Of a stretch of DNA of 64,000 nucleotides, positions 1-49,445 are shown in pieces. The stretch's first letter is position 1; the number at the start of each line of letters is the position of its first letter. Below the pieces are notes generated by a model. The model was given only the letters and a program-made list of their open reading frames with translations, did no database searches and was not told the DNA's origin. Source of the stretch: Hormiphora californensis (taxonomy: Eukaryota; Animalia; Ctenophora); the NCBI GenBank assembly GCA_020137815.1, contig CM035362.1, positions 868,001-932,000 on the forward strand, written 5' to 3'. The translations under genes and the position numbers were made by a program.

Positions 1-52
1 ATATGAACAATTCAAAAACATGCAAACAAACACCTCACACACCCTTCTCTAG

Positions 53-1015
53 ATGTTTGATGTTCTAAAGCGTGAGTTCAGTGAAGAAGCTCTGGAGACA
101 ATGGATGATGCTTCTGATCTGGAGCAGAAACGAATCGGGGCAATGCTCAAGGATCATTTTAATCTTGGAATCACGGTAATTAATCCCTGAATAATAATTA
201 CCCCCCAACTACTAATCATATACCTGTTTAATTATCTGTTGAAAGGCTATAAATTTGCCCCAATTTTGCATCGCTCTTTAGTAAAAGTAACAATCTCTCT
301 CTCAAACAGGTATACAAAGGTTATGTTGATGATCCAAGAAACACTGACAACGCATGGATAGAAACTACTGCAGTAAACTATCATGACTCAACAGGGAACT
401 CTTTCTCAAATCTCCCCATCAAGGTAGTTTGAAACCCCGCTCTGCACCTCTTTGGCAATGACACCTGTCACCCCCTCCGTCCTTCTTCTCATTTGCTGAC
501 CTGTCTGGCGGCGCCGAGCCGATCTGAGTACACTATCAAAACGGGGTCTGGCACCACCAGACAGGAACTGGCCGGATGTGGTACACTCCCAAGGGTGGCA
601 CAGTGGGTGTGAGGAGATATTATGGCTTCTTTCGCTCACAAAACCCCCTATTTTACCCATTCCTCTGATTTCAGTCGAATGAAGAGGGTCATGGTGCCCA
701 GTGGATTCCTATCGATACAAACCTGGACCTGTATGCCAACCACGAGTGGATCATTGAAAAGGTATATTCCGATCTACACTTACCTGTACAGTGTACACAC
801 CCCCCCCCCCTTCTCACCAGTTGTCCTACATGTTGTCCTGCAGAAGATTCATAAGATTTTTCATACCTTTTCCGATACCGATGCCTTTCCCAATAATATC
901 TCCCCTTCAAATAGTTAATTCATTATCTCTCCTCCAGGTATGCTACCACAGGGACGCGTATAATCCCATCAAAACACCTAAACGACAATCATCCCAACTG
1001 TGGCTGGCCCAATAA
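53..1015 (+). CDS. NUDT9: 3' part of a NUDT9-type ADP-ribose pyrophosphatase (or the NUDT9-H domain of a TRPM2 channel); exons 53-175, 310-423, 675-761, 938-1015; 5' end lies outside the window
   Basis: GT-AG exons splice in frame to ...[11 protein letters not shown]...[29 protein letters not shown]...[20 protein letters not shown]...*. This matches the NUDT9 Nudix box (REFxEE) and its [15 protein letters not shown] motif. NUDT9 and TRPM2 cannot be told apart from this window. Confidence 0.8.
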
Positions 1016-1634
1016 CATCATCTCATGACCAAGAGACTATTATAATATTATAATAGATCGCCCGGTGCGTTCCGTCAGAGCAGAAATAATTATTATATTT
1101 GGTGCAAGTAATCCTGTAGTATATTTAGTTTTTGTACAGTGTCAGAGTGAGAGAGAATTGAGAGAAATTAATATCATTATTAAAATTAAAGAGGATGAAG
1201 GTTCAGTTCTAACATTCTTATTTTTATAAAGCTTTATTTTTTAGTTTCTCAACAATGTGTTCAGTTTTAGCATGCTTGAGAAGAGTTTTATTTTCATTTA
1301 GTTGTTTGTTTGTAAATATGTACTCCTTTTCTTAGTTATTGTGTACATCAAAATAATTGTTTTATTAGTACATACCCCAACGGATGGCGCGAAGTTCTTC
1401 AGAGTTACATGCTGCGCGCATCGAAATGAAACGATGATTTCGCGCGCTTTCTTTTTTTTAAGTTCGACGCGAGTCCAAAAAAGTTTAAAAATCTGGTTCG
1501 CCTTTTTTACTTTTTAATTTTGCCTCCCCTCACCCCTGCGCTATTTGCCACTTTTTCAGTGGACTTATCTTCGGTAGTTAACAAATATCGTACCTAGAGG
1601 CAAGAAAATCGTACAAAAAAGTTGTCATTTTAGA

Positions 1635-2476
1635 ATGATCAAAAAAGTCGAAGTTGAGAACGCGGGTACGGGCCTACTTCGACCAAATCCATTCAGCGAA
1701 GTTACATTTAGTGTTCAGAATAGCTCCAGGTAATGTGATGAACTACATAAATCAATATGACTCTTGCTAACACGCCTTGTTTCAGTCCCCTGTTTACGTT
1801 GAACGAAGAAACAACCTACCGACTGTCCCACAAAGCGGGTTTATGTTGGTATATCATTGATCAATGTGTCCTTCGTCTAACTGAATCCGAGAGAGCAGTT
1901 TTCAAGTTTATGCACTCTGGGGAGGTTCACACGGTCACAGTCACTCTACATTCCTTTAAAGATGTAGGACCGATTTGGGGGATGGAGGCTACAGAGCAGC
2001 ACGTCATTGCAATGGAGCTAAAATCTCTTGGAACTGAGTTGTTTAGGGAAAAACAGTTCCCTCTAGCTGCTGAGAAGTATGGAATGGCACTGAAGATATT
2101 GGTTTCAGATGGATGTCGTGCTGGTGCACTAGATAATCATGGAGAGAAAATCAACTCAATTCGTTCCAATCTAGCATTATGCTTCCAGAAAATGGGGCAA
2201 CCAGAGGGCACTCTTTATCATTGTGAGCAGTTAATGTCAGATAAAAAGCATCTAGTTGACGATGAAAAGTTGAGAGTGAAGGTTCTCTACCGGAGAGCCT
2301 GGGCGTTCTGCGAGATTAACGAGTTCGAGAAATGTAAGAAAGACATTTCCAGTGTTTTGAAGTTAGATAAGGGTAATTGTGATGCGTTAAAACTGAGAGG
2401 TGTTCTTGAGAGTAAGATCAAGGATAACAATAGGGACATGTCTACGAAGCTGCGTGGTCTTTTTAGATCATCCTAG
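1635..2476 (+). CDS. FKBP-like/TPR co-chaperone (degenerate FKBP domain + 3 TPR repeats); exons 1635-1729, 1786-2476
   Basis: Exon 1 MIKKVEVENAGTGLLRPNPFSEVTF resembles the second FKBP domain of large immunophilins. A GT-AG intron (1730-1785) joins it in frame to the ORF with TPR motifs LKSLGTELFREKQFPLAAEKY, SNLALCFQKMG and KVLYRRAWAFCEINEFEKC. Confidence 0.8.
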
Positions 2477-3145
2477 ACCGGTTAATCAGAAGACGATTTT
2501 GTCGCGGTGAATTAAAGGGATTAAAGCGTATTTTGTTACGCAAGGCTGGGGTTTCTAAGTTTACAGAGAATTATATTGTTGTTTGACTTTAATGTATTTC
2601 AGGGTGTGAACTGCATGTCGTGTTTGCTAGTCGCGAGCGCGCTTGCGAGACAAGCAAACACGTCAAGGTTCATTAACAAGCATGCTGCTCAGTCATTTTA
2701 GATTTAATACACAATGTAAGGATACCATGTAATAGGTGAGACTCTTGCCATCACCCTCGTTCAAGTCCCGTGAAAAACGGAGCATTACACGCAAACTGAT
2801 GCCCATTTTCCTCGCGTGACCCCGATTCAGCAGTTTGAGACACCAACTCTTTAGGGGGCCATATCTCAGGAACCAGACAAGATAGGAAAAATCGCCGTCT
2901 AACGAGGCGTACAGTTTTTAATCTAGTTTACCACTGTACCGGCCGTTTCACTCTCCGACCTAAAACAAAAATCGCAACCCCACAAAACTTCAAAATAATG
3001 AAATTCGCATCTCGCATGTCGTGTTGCATGTCGTGTCATGTTATTGACGCGCTCGCGTTCAACTCTCACACAGCAGCTGCATAACATGGCGGGAAACATC
3101 GAGGAGTAGAGAGAGGGTCGGTGCCGAATCAAATATTTCTTGATC

Positions 3146-4053
3146 TTGATCTACTCCATCTCTCAGCTATCCTACCCCTCATCAACTCGATCTCTCAGCT
3201 ACCCTACCCCTCATCTACTCCATCTTTCAGCTACCCTACCGCTCATCTACTCCATCTTTCAGCTACCCTACCCCTTATCTAGTCCATCTCTCAGCTACCC
3301 TACTCCTCATCTACTCCATCTCTCAGCTTCCCTATTAGGGAAGCATAGAGATGGAAACGATTAGGGGTAGGGAATCCCTATCCATAATCGTTTCCATCTC
3401 TATGCTTCCCTAGCCCTCATCAACTCCATCTTTCAGCTACCCTACCCCTAATCTAGTCCATCTCTCCACTACCCTACTCCTCATCTACTCCATCTCTCAG
3501 CTACCCTACCTCCCATTTACTCCATCTCTCAGCTACCCTACCTCCCATTTACTCCATCTCTCAGCTTCCCTACCTCCCATTTACTCCATCTCTCAGCTTA
3601 CCTACCTCCCATTTACTCCATATCTCAGCTTCCCTACCTGCCATTTACTCCATCTCTCAGATACCCTACCTCCCATTTACTCCATCTCTCAGCTTACCTA
3701 CCTCCCATTTACTCCATCTCTCAGCTTCCCTACCTCCCATTTACTCCATCTCTCAGCTACCCTACCTCCCATTTACTCCATCTCTCAGCTACCCAACCTC
3801 CCATTCACTCCATCTATCAGCTACCCTACCTCCCATTTACTCCATCTCTCAGCTTCCCTACCTCCCATTTACTCCATCTCTCAGCTTCCCTACCCCCCAT
3901 TTACTCCATCTCTCAGCTTACCTACCTCCCATTTACTCCATATCTCAGCTTCCCTACCTGCCATTTACTCCATCTTTCAGATACCCTACCTCCCATTTAC
4001 TCCATCTCTCAGCTTCCCTACCTCCCATTTACTCCATCTCTCAGCTTCCCTAC
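3146..4053 (+). repeat. 32-bp minisatellite (TACTCCATCTCTCAGCTWCCCTACCTCCCATT), left arm of the foldback
   Basis: Directly visible tandem units, with a local hairpin at ~3337-3412. Confidence 0.95.
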
Positions 4054-4157
4054 TAGGCCAGTCATATGACGTCGATATATCGCTGAAAAAGGAAGTAATT
4101 GATCTAAAAGCGATTCCACTTCCAGGGCCCTCCAATGGGTCTCTACAACCACCAAAA

Positions 4158-4575
4158 CAAGAATTATTGCATTATGTATTCATAATGCGGTGTTTCCCTG
4201 CCCTCCGTCGACAGGATCAGTATCACACTATCAGTATCACAATATCAAGGCTTGGTCACAATGTGAGATGCATGCGTCCTGTATGTATATGCAGTTACAC
4301 AGCTGTTTTACTCTACCCTCACCCCTTCAGCAACAGTGTTGTGAGCGCCGCGCACAGCTTTGAAAAATAAGCGTCCTGACATCATATTTCATCAAAACAG
4401 TTATTTGATTTTATGAAGGAGCAGTTACTATGCTGCTACCGTGACACACGCGATTTTGACCACGCTCGAGTTACTATTTCAAATCCGAGATTTCTAAACC
4501 CTTTATGATCTTTTTAGCACACGTGCTAAAACGATCATCCGGGTGGATGCCCTTCGGGCATCCACCCGGGCAGGG
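4158..4575. mobile_element. Insertion present only in the left arm of the foldback; Helentron/DINE-like non-autonomous element candidate
   Basis: Absent from the mirror position (~5731-5737). It sits inside an A-run and ends with two hairpins (TTTTAGCAC-AC-GTGCTAAAA and CCGGGTGGATGCCC-TTC-GGGCATCCACCCGG, 4539-4569). The family assignment is inference. Confidence 0.5.
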
Positions 4576-5829
4576 AAAAAATTTACCGCGGGTACCGCGA
4601 TGGAGAAATCGGTCATTTCCGGGTTTATTTTGCACCTGCATAAATATAGGCTAGGACGAATGCGATATACGGTAAAAACCGTCTTTGGAAACAAGTAGAA
4701 AAGAAATCAAGGGCACTAAAGTGTGTAGCGTCCTCGCATTAGTGGGGGTAGGTGCTGGAATTAAGTCTCTATCTTATCAGGTTAATTAGATAATTGGATA
4801 ATTAGATGCGCACATAGCCGTTTTATGGTTATACGGTAACAACCATATTTGGAAAGGAGTAGAGGAAAAACCGAGGGTACTAGAGTGATCAGCGTCCTCG
4901 AATTAGTGGGGGTAGGTACTAAAATTAAGTTCCTATCTCATCGCGTTAATTAGATAATTGGATAATTAGGTATGCGCATGACCGTTTTTAGGTTACATGG
5001 CTATAGCCACTTAGGAATGGTTTAGAGACTTTTCATTGGTGCCATTTTGTAGGCAATAGCCAAGTTATTGGGGGTCGACGTCGGACTTTTAAGCTCTATA
5101 TTCAACCGTTTAGCCGTTATTTGGCATATAAGGTGCTCAAAATGAGCAAAAAAGCGGTAAAAAGACCGATTTTGAGCACCTTTAAAGCCATATAACGGCT
5201 AAATGGTTGAATATAGAGCTTAAAAGTCCGACTTCGACCCCCCATAACTTGGCTATTGCCTACAAAATGGCACCAATGAAAAGTCTCTAAACCATTCCTA
5301 AGTGGCTATAGCCATGTAACCTAAAAACGGTCATGCGCATACCTAATTATCCAATTATCTAATTAACGCGATGAGATAGGAACTTAATTTTAGTACCTAC
5401 CCCCACTAATTCGAGGACGCTGATCACTCTAGTACCCTCGGTTTTTCCTCTACTCCTTTCCAAATATGGTTTTTACCGTATAACCATAAAACGGCTATGT
5501 GCGCATCTAATTATCCAATTATCTAATTAACCTGATAAGATAGAAACTTAATTCCAGCACCTACCCCCACTAATGCGAGGACGCTACACACTTTAGTGCC
5601 CTTGATTTCTTTTCTACTTGTTTCCAAAGACGGTTTTTACCGTATATCGCATTCGTCCTAGCCTATATTTATGCAGGTGCAAAATAAACCCGGAAATGAC
5701 CGATTTCTCCATCGCGGTACCCGCGGTAAATTTTTTTGGTGGTTGTAGAGACCCATTGGAGGGCCCTGGAAGTGGAATCGCTTTTAGATCAATTAGTTCC
5801 ATTTCACAACGTCATATGACTGGCCTATA

Positions 5830-7095
5830 CCTCCCATTTACTCCATCTCTCAGCTTCCCTACCTCCCATTTACTCCATCTCTCATTTATCCTAACATTCC
5901 TACCCCTGAGAGATGGAGTAAATGGGAGGTAGGGAAGCTGAGAGATGGAGTAAATGGGAGGTAGGGAAGCTGAGAGATGGGGTAAATGGGATCAGGTAGG
6001 AAAGCTGAGAGATGGAGTAAATGGGTGGTAGGGTAGCTGAGAGATAGAGTAAATGGGAGGTAGGGAAGCTGAGGGATGGAGTAAATGGGAGGTAGGGAAG
6101 CTGAGAGATGGAGTAAATGGGAGGTAGGTAAGCTGAGAGATGGAGTAAATGGGAGGTAGGGTAGCTGAGAGATGGAGTAAATGGGAGGTAGGGTAGCTGA
6201 GAGATGGAGTAAATGGGAGGTAGGGAAGCTGAGAGATGGAGTAAATGGGAGGTAGGGAAGCTGACAGATGGAGTAAATGGGAGGTAGGGTAGCTGAGAGA
6301 TGGAGTAAATGGGAGGTAGGGAAGCTGAGAGATGGAGTAAATGGAAGGTAAGGTAGCTGAGAGATGGAGTAAATGGGAGGTAGGGAAGCTGAGAGATGGA
6401 GTAAATGGGAGGTAGGGTAGCTGAGAGATGGAGTGAATGGGAGGTAGGGAAGCTGAGAGATGGAGTAAATGGGAGGTAGGGTAGCTGAGAGATGGAGTAA
6501 ATGAGAGGTAGGGAAGCTGAGAAATGGAGTAAATGGGAGGTAGGGTAGCTGAGAGATGGAGTAAATGGGAGGTAGGGTAGCTGAGGGATGGAGTAAATGG
6601 GAGGTAGGGAAGCTGAGAGATGGAGTAAATGGAAGGTAGGTAAGCTGAGAGATGGAGTAAATGGGAGGTAGGGAAGCTGAGAGATGGAGTAAATGGGAGG
6701 TAGGGTAGCTGAGAGATGGAGTAAATGGGAGGTAGGGTAGCTGAGAGATGGAGTAGATGAGGAGTAGGGTAGTGGAGAGATGGACTAGATTAGGGGTAGG
6801 GTAGCTGAAAGATGGAGTTGATGAGGGCTAGGGAAGCATAGAGATGGAAACGATTATGGATAGGGATTCCCTACCCCTAATCGTTTCCATCTCTATGCTT
6901 CCCTAATAGGGAAGCTGAGAGATGGAGTAGATGAGGAGTAGGGTAGCTGAGAGATGGACTAGATAAGGGGTAGGGTAGCTGAAAGATGGAGTAGATGAGC
7001 GGTAGGGTAGCTGAAAGATGGAGTAGATGAGGGGTAGGGTAGCTGAGAGATCGAGTTGATGAGGGGTAGGATAGCTGAGAGATGGAGTAGATCAA
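5830..7095 (-). repeat. 32-bp minisatellite, right arm of the foldback (reverse complement of 3146-4053; orientation flips near 5905)
   Basis: Tandem GCTGAGAGATGGAGTAAATGGGAGGTAGGGWA units. Confidence 0.95.
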
Positions 7096-7803
7096 GATCA
7101 AGAAATATTTGATTCGGCACCGACCCTCTCTCTACTCCTCGATGTTTCCCGCCATGTTCTGCAGCTGCTGTGTGAGAGTTGAACGCGAGCGCGTCAATAA
7201 CATGACACGACATGCAACACGACATGCAACACGACATGCGAGATGCGAATTTCATTATTTTGAAGTTTTGTGGGGTTGCGATTTTTGTTTTAGGTCGGAG
7301 AGTGAAACGGCCGGTACAGTGGTAAACTAGATTAAAAACTGTACGCCTCGTTAGACGGCGATTTTTCCTATCTTGTCTGGTTCCTGAGATATGGCCCCCT
7401 AAAGAGTTGGTGTCTCAAACTGCTGAATCGGGGTCACGCGAGGAAAATGGGCATCAGTTTGCGTGTACTGCTCCGTTTTTCACGGGACTTGAACGAGGGT
7501 GATGGCAAGAGTCTCACCTATTACATGGTATCCTTACATTGTGTATTAAATCTAAAATGACTGAGCAGCATGCTTGTTAATGAACCTTGACGTGTTTGCT
7601 TGTCTCGCAAGCGCGCTCGCGACTAGCAAACACGACATGCAGTTCACACCCTGTATTTGTTGTTTAAAATTGTTTCCTGTACTACTGCAGATTACTAATT
7701 GTCTCCCTGTTGTTCCCACAACTACCTCTGAAACTACCTCCCCTGTCTCCACCTCTCCACCACGCTAGATACATATTGCATGACATGGGTGTGGTGAAGT
7801 GAA

Positions 7804-45111
<37,308 letters not shown>

Positions 45112-45252
45112 ACACTTGGACACGGACTCATTGTTTTGTCGAGGAGACTATAACACAGAGTGATGGAGAAGTGTCAGGACTAAACTATATTTGTAGGCGC
45201 TATAGGAATGTGTTAGAATTGATTTTGCTTGTTGTTTTTTTGGAAGAATAAT

Positions 45253-47505
45253 GGTAGTATGAAAGATTAGGTCGTGCGCGCCAAATGGCGCCATCATATT
45301 CGCCAAATGGCGCCACGTGGCGAACAAATGGCGCCATTTGGCGCCAAAATGTGGCGAGTGCGCACTATCGCCAAATGGCGCCATTTCTGGCGCCATTTGG
45401 CGCCAAATCTGGCGCCAGTGGCGATCGCCATTCGCTGCAAATGTTGGCGACTCTTGGCGGTATCGCCACGTGGCGATGGTATGAAGTCTGAAAAAAACAT
45501 GCGCAACATATTTATCGCCAAATGGCGCCATTTGGCGATAAGAATAGCAAATTTTCAATGCTTTCCAAAATATGACGCTCGCCGCGTGGCGCCATTTGGC
45601 GAAAAAATCGCCAATTGGCGCCGAACGGCGCCAAATGTCGCCAGTTGGCGCTAAACGTCGCCATTTGGCGCCAAATGTCGCCATCTGGCGCCAAACGTTG
45701 CCATTTGGCGCCAAATGTCGCCATATGGCGCCAAATTTTTGTCAAACGTTTGTCGCCAAACGTCGCCATATGGCGCCAATTGGCGCCGAACATCGCCATT
45801 TGGCGCCAAATGTCGCCATATGGCGCCAAGTGGCGACATATGGCGCAAACTGTTTGTCAAATGTTAGTCGCCATTTGTCGCCAAACGTCGCCATCTGGCG
45901 CCAAATTTTTGTCAAATGTTTGTCGCCATCTGGCGCCGAACGTCGCCATTTGGCGCCAAATGTCGCCATATGGCGCCAATTGGCGACATATGGCGCAAAC
46001 TGTTTGTCAAATGTTAGTCGCCATTTGTCGCCAAACGTCGCCATCTGGCGCCAAACGTCGCCATTTGGCGCCAAATGTCGCCATATGGCGCCAAATTTTT
46101 GTCAAATGTTTGTCGCCATATGGCGCCACTTGGCGCCGAACGTCGCCATTTGGCGCCAAATGTCGCCATATGGCGCCAAATGGCGACGTTCGGCGCCAAG
46201 TGGCGACAAATGGCGACGTTTGGCGTCAAATATTTGACAAAAATTTGGCGCCATATGGCGACATTTGGCGCCAAATGGCGACGTTTGGCGCCAGATGGCG
46301 ACGTTTGGCGACAAATGGCGACTAACATTTGACAAACAGTTTGCGCCATATGTCGCCAATTGGCGACATTTGGCGCCAAATGGCGACATTTGGCGCCAAA
46401 TGGCGACGTTCGGCGCCAAGTGGCGCCATATGGCGCCAGATGGCGACAAACATTTGACAAAAATTTGGCGCCATATGGCGACATTTGGCGCCAAATGGCG
46501 ACGTTTGGTGCCAGATGGCGACATTTGGCGCCAAATGGCGACTAACATTTGGCAAACATTTTGCGCCATATGGCGCCATTTGGCGCTATATGGCGACATT
46601 TGGCGCCAAATGGCGACGTTCGGCGCCAAGTGGCGACGTTTGGCGACAAACATTTGACAAAAATTTGGCGCCATATGGCGACGTTTGGCGCCAAATGGCG
46701 ACGTTTGGCGCCAAATGGCGACGTTCGGCGCCAAATGGCGCCATATGGCGACGTTTGGCGCCAAATGGCGACAAAAATTTGATAAAAATTTGGCGCTATA
46801 TGGCGACATTTGGCGCCAAATGGCGACGTTAGGCGCCAAATGGCGACAAATGGCGCCATATGGCGACAATCGTTTGACAAACATTTGTCGCCATATGGCG
46901 CCAAATGGCGACAAACGGCGCCATTTGGCGAATTAATCGCCAGTTGGCGCCACGTGGCGCAGAACGGCGAGTGTCCTACTTTGAAAACCAATAAAAATAT
47001 TATTGATACATCGACAATTTGCGCCAAATGGCGATGTTTGGCGATGAGTATCGCCAAGTGCGCCAAACGGCGCATATGGCGAAAAATTCGCCGAATGGCG
47101 CCATTTGGCGCCACTTTGTGACGATTGGCGCCAAACGGCGCCATTTGGCGACGAATGGCGCCAGATGTCGCCAAACGGCGCCATTTGGCGACTTGATCTC
47201 CTGATCACTTATTGGCGCCAAATGGCGCCATTTGGCGATAAAAATTTTGCGCATGTTTTTTTTCAGACTTCATACCATCGCCACGTGGCGATACCGCCAA
47301 GAGTCGCCAACATTTGGCGAATGGCGATCGCCACTGGCGCCACGTGGCGCCAAATGGCGCCATTTGGCGCCAGAAATGGCGCCATTTGGCGATAGTGCGC
47401 ACTCGCCACATTTTGGCCATTTGTTCGCCACGTGGCGCCATTTGGCGAATATGATGGCGCCATTTGGCGCCATTTGGCGCGCACGACCTAATCTTTCATA
47501 CTACC
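45253..47505. mobile_element. ~2.25-kb foldback element with arms made of short GC-rich subrepeats (TGGCGCCAAA / ATGGCGCCAT)
   Basis: Ends GGTAGTATGAAAGATTAGGTCGTGCGCGCC...GGCGCGCACGACCTAATCTTTCATACTACC; subrepeat orientation switches near 46170; no coherent ORF. Confidence 0.9.
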
Positions 47506-47929
47506 GAAAAATGTGCAGAGATTCCAGGTTGAAACGATAAACCGGCAGATGATGTTTCCAATCAGGTTTTTACTTTTAGTTAACATTCCTTTTTCCATTG
47601 ATTTTTCAAAACTTAGCACTCTAATTTATGTTTAGAGAATATCACTTTTTCACGAATTGTTTTGAGCAATATGAAGTGAGTTCTCTCAAAGTTTCGTTAC
47701 CAGAAACAGAGAATGAGAGATTGAACGATCAGAGAGAGCGTGACTAAGGGAATTGAGCTGATCTCTTAATGTCAGAGCGTTACTGAATGTGTGAGATAAT
47801 AAGATGGAATGATCTGATGTTATAATTCAGATATAATGTGTGAATTGTGTGATAGCTGAATGTAAAATGTGTGATTGCAGAGCGTGATAATCCATAGCCC
47901 AAACTGATCAATTCCAGTATGGTGCAGAT

Positions 47930-48038
47930 CAGGAACCGACCGAATCAGGAAATACTGGTCCCTGATTGGCTGATAACCAGTCACGTGACCTAAATAACGA
48001 GTTCTGATTGGTTGTTTACTTGTTTCGGTCGGTTCCTG
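47930..48038. mobile_element. 109-bp hAT-type MITE
   Basis: TIR CAGGAACCGACCGAA...TTCGGTCGGTTCCTG with a perfect 8-bp target duplication GTGCAGAT (47922-47929 and 48039-48046). Confidence 0.9.
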
Positions 48039-49445
48039 GTGCAGATCAGATTGCAAGCTATGTATTGTAGAGAGATCAGATGCGGCGTGTGTACAAAATG
48101 TAAATTATGTTTTCAATTTTTAAAACCCCCCTAACTGTTTCGCTGCCAGAGAAATGGCCTGACAGCTGTTTCGTATATCGAGGTTCTTGATATCATATTG
48201 TCATGTTCAGTTCTCAGGCCTCAGAGTTGTATTTGTGCTGTCTTCCATACAGAAAGCATAAACAGTCCGACTGTGTCCATAGTTTTGACATGGACAACTC
48301 TGAGTATCAGAATACTGCCTGGCAATATTTATATCGAGACTAATTTATATCTCCTCCCCCACCATTGTTTCTTACTCGGTTAAAAAGTGAGCTGCTACAC
48401 GTTTGAGTGTTCAACACTGAACTGCACTGTCTGGACCCGCAGCCCCGATCACAACGGGGTGTTTGGCGCCACCAGATAGCAGTTGTGTGAGCTTTAATTT
48501 TAAATACGCGTGTTTATGTTTTTGTTTTCCAAAATGTTCCCACGCGGTAAAGCGTGATGTGTTATATATATTTGATAGAAAAAAGTCTTCCACAACACTA
48601 TTTTCAACACACCCAAAATATTCGCTGTCGTTGATTTGTTTAATGGAAAATGGAACCGTAGCTCTACTTGACCCCTTCTCTCTCTATCTCAATCTCATGT
48701 TTGAAGCTACGGTTCCATAGGATGCCCTATATCTGGTTTGGTGGAAATGGATACCGATAATAGTAAATCGGCTGTCGGTACCCTCAGTTTTGATATGCCA
48801 ACTGCAACCGACAGTGAACTCAGAAATTGTGCGGTTGGTTGGTATATGATTTCAATCCTGAAACGGGGACTCACCACTCCGACTCATGAGTGTCCTCAGG
48901 ACAGTCACGAGTTGGAGTGGTCAAATTGACGCCCCTTGAAGTTGGAAGGGAGCATGCCCACCTCGGACCCTCGGTTGGAGAGGGTTGCCTTGCTCGACCC
49001 TCTCTTCCCGGGGGTTTGAACAAAACAAGGCGAGGGATTGTTGAGTAATGGGGTACTCCACAAACGGGGGAGGGATCCTGGACGGATACGTAAAATAATG
49101 TGGTTTTAGTGGAAATGAAATAAATAATTGAATTTTCACAACATTGAAATAATAAATAATTCTGGTACAGTCTCAAGTTCCCTGAACTGACTAGTTCAAC
49201 TTGTTACTTGGTGTATATATCACCCGTCTTCCCACATTTTGGCTACACGATCCGGGGGGTTTAAGCCCTGATCCCCTTTTAGAGATGGGAATCTCGACTT
49301 GAGCTACTTGAGTACTTCAGCACCTTAATACTTATTGTTATAGGCCTCTCTTTGCATGGCTATCTCTCTCATGTCACGTGGTGGAGCTACCATGTTACTC
49401 AACAAGGAGCTAGAGGTTACTTCAGCACTTGATATGTTATCTCTT

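Larger units (their letters stand above)
2600..7653. mobile_element. ~5.05-kb foldback (whole-element palindrome) non-autonomous DNA element with internal minisatellite arrays
   Basis: Ends are CAGGGTGTGAACTGCATGTCG...CGACATGCAGTTCACACCCTG. 2600-3145 mirrors 7096-7653, the 32-bp arrays mirror each other, and 4576-5140 mirrors 5170-5737. TATTT occurs on both flanks. No transposase ORF. Confidence 0.9.

Noticed and set aside
4539-4569. GC hairpin as a bacterial Rho-independent terminator or sign of contamination
   Set aside because: It lies inside a eukaryotic repeat element with no prokaryotic-style gene nearby
2923-7768. Mirror-image ORF pairs (e.g. 3140-3364 and 6877-7101; 4503-4694 and 5618-5932)
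   Set aside because: They are consequences of the palindrome and show no domain similarity or transposase motifs
45148-47540. Dozens of overlapping ORFs (MAPNGAIWRQ-type) as genes
   Set aside because: They arise from stop-poor palindromic subrepeats and appear in all six frames
48160-49200. Short ORFs between the hAT MITE and the ALKBH-like gene
   Set aside because: I found no consistent splice model or motif, so the region is left unannotated
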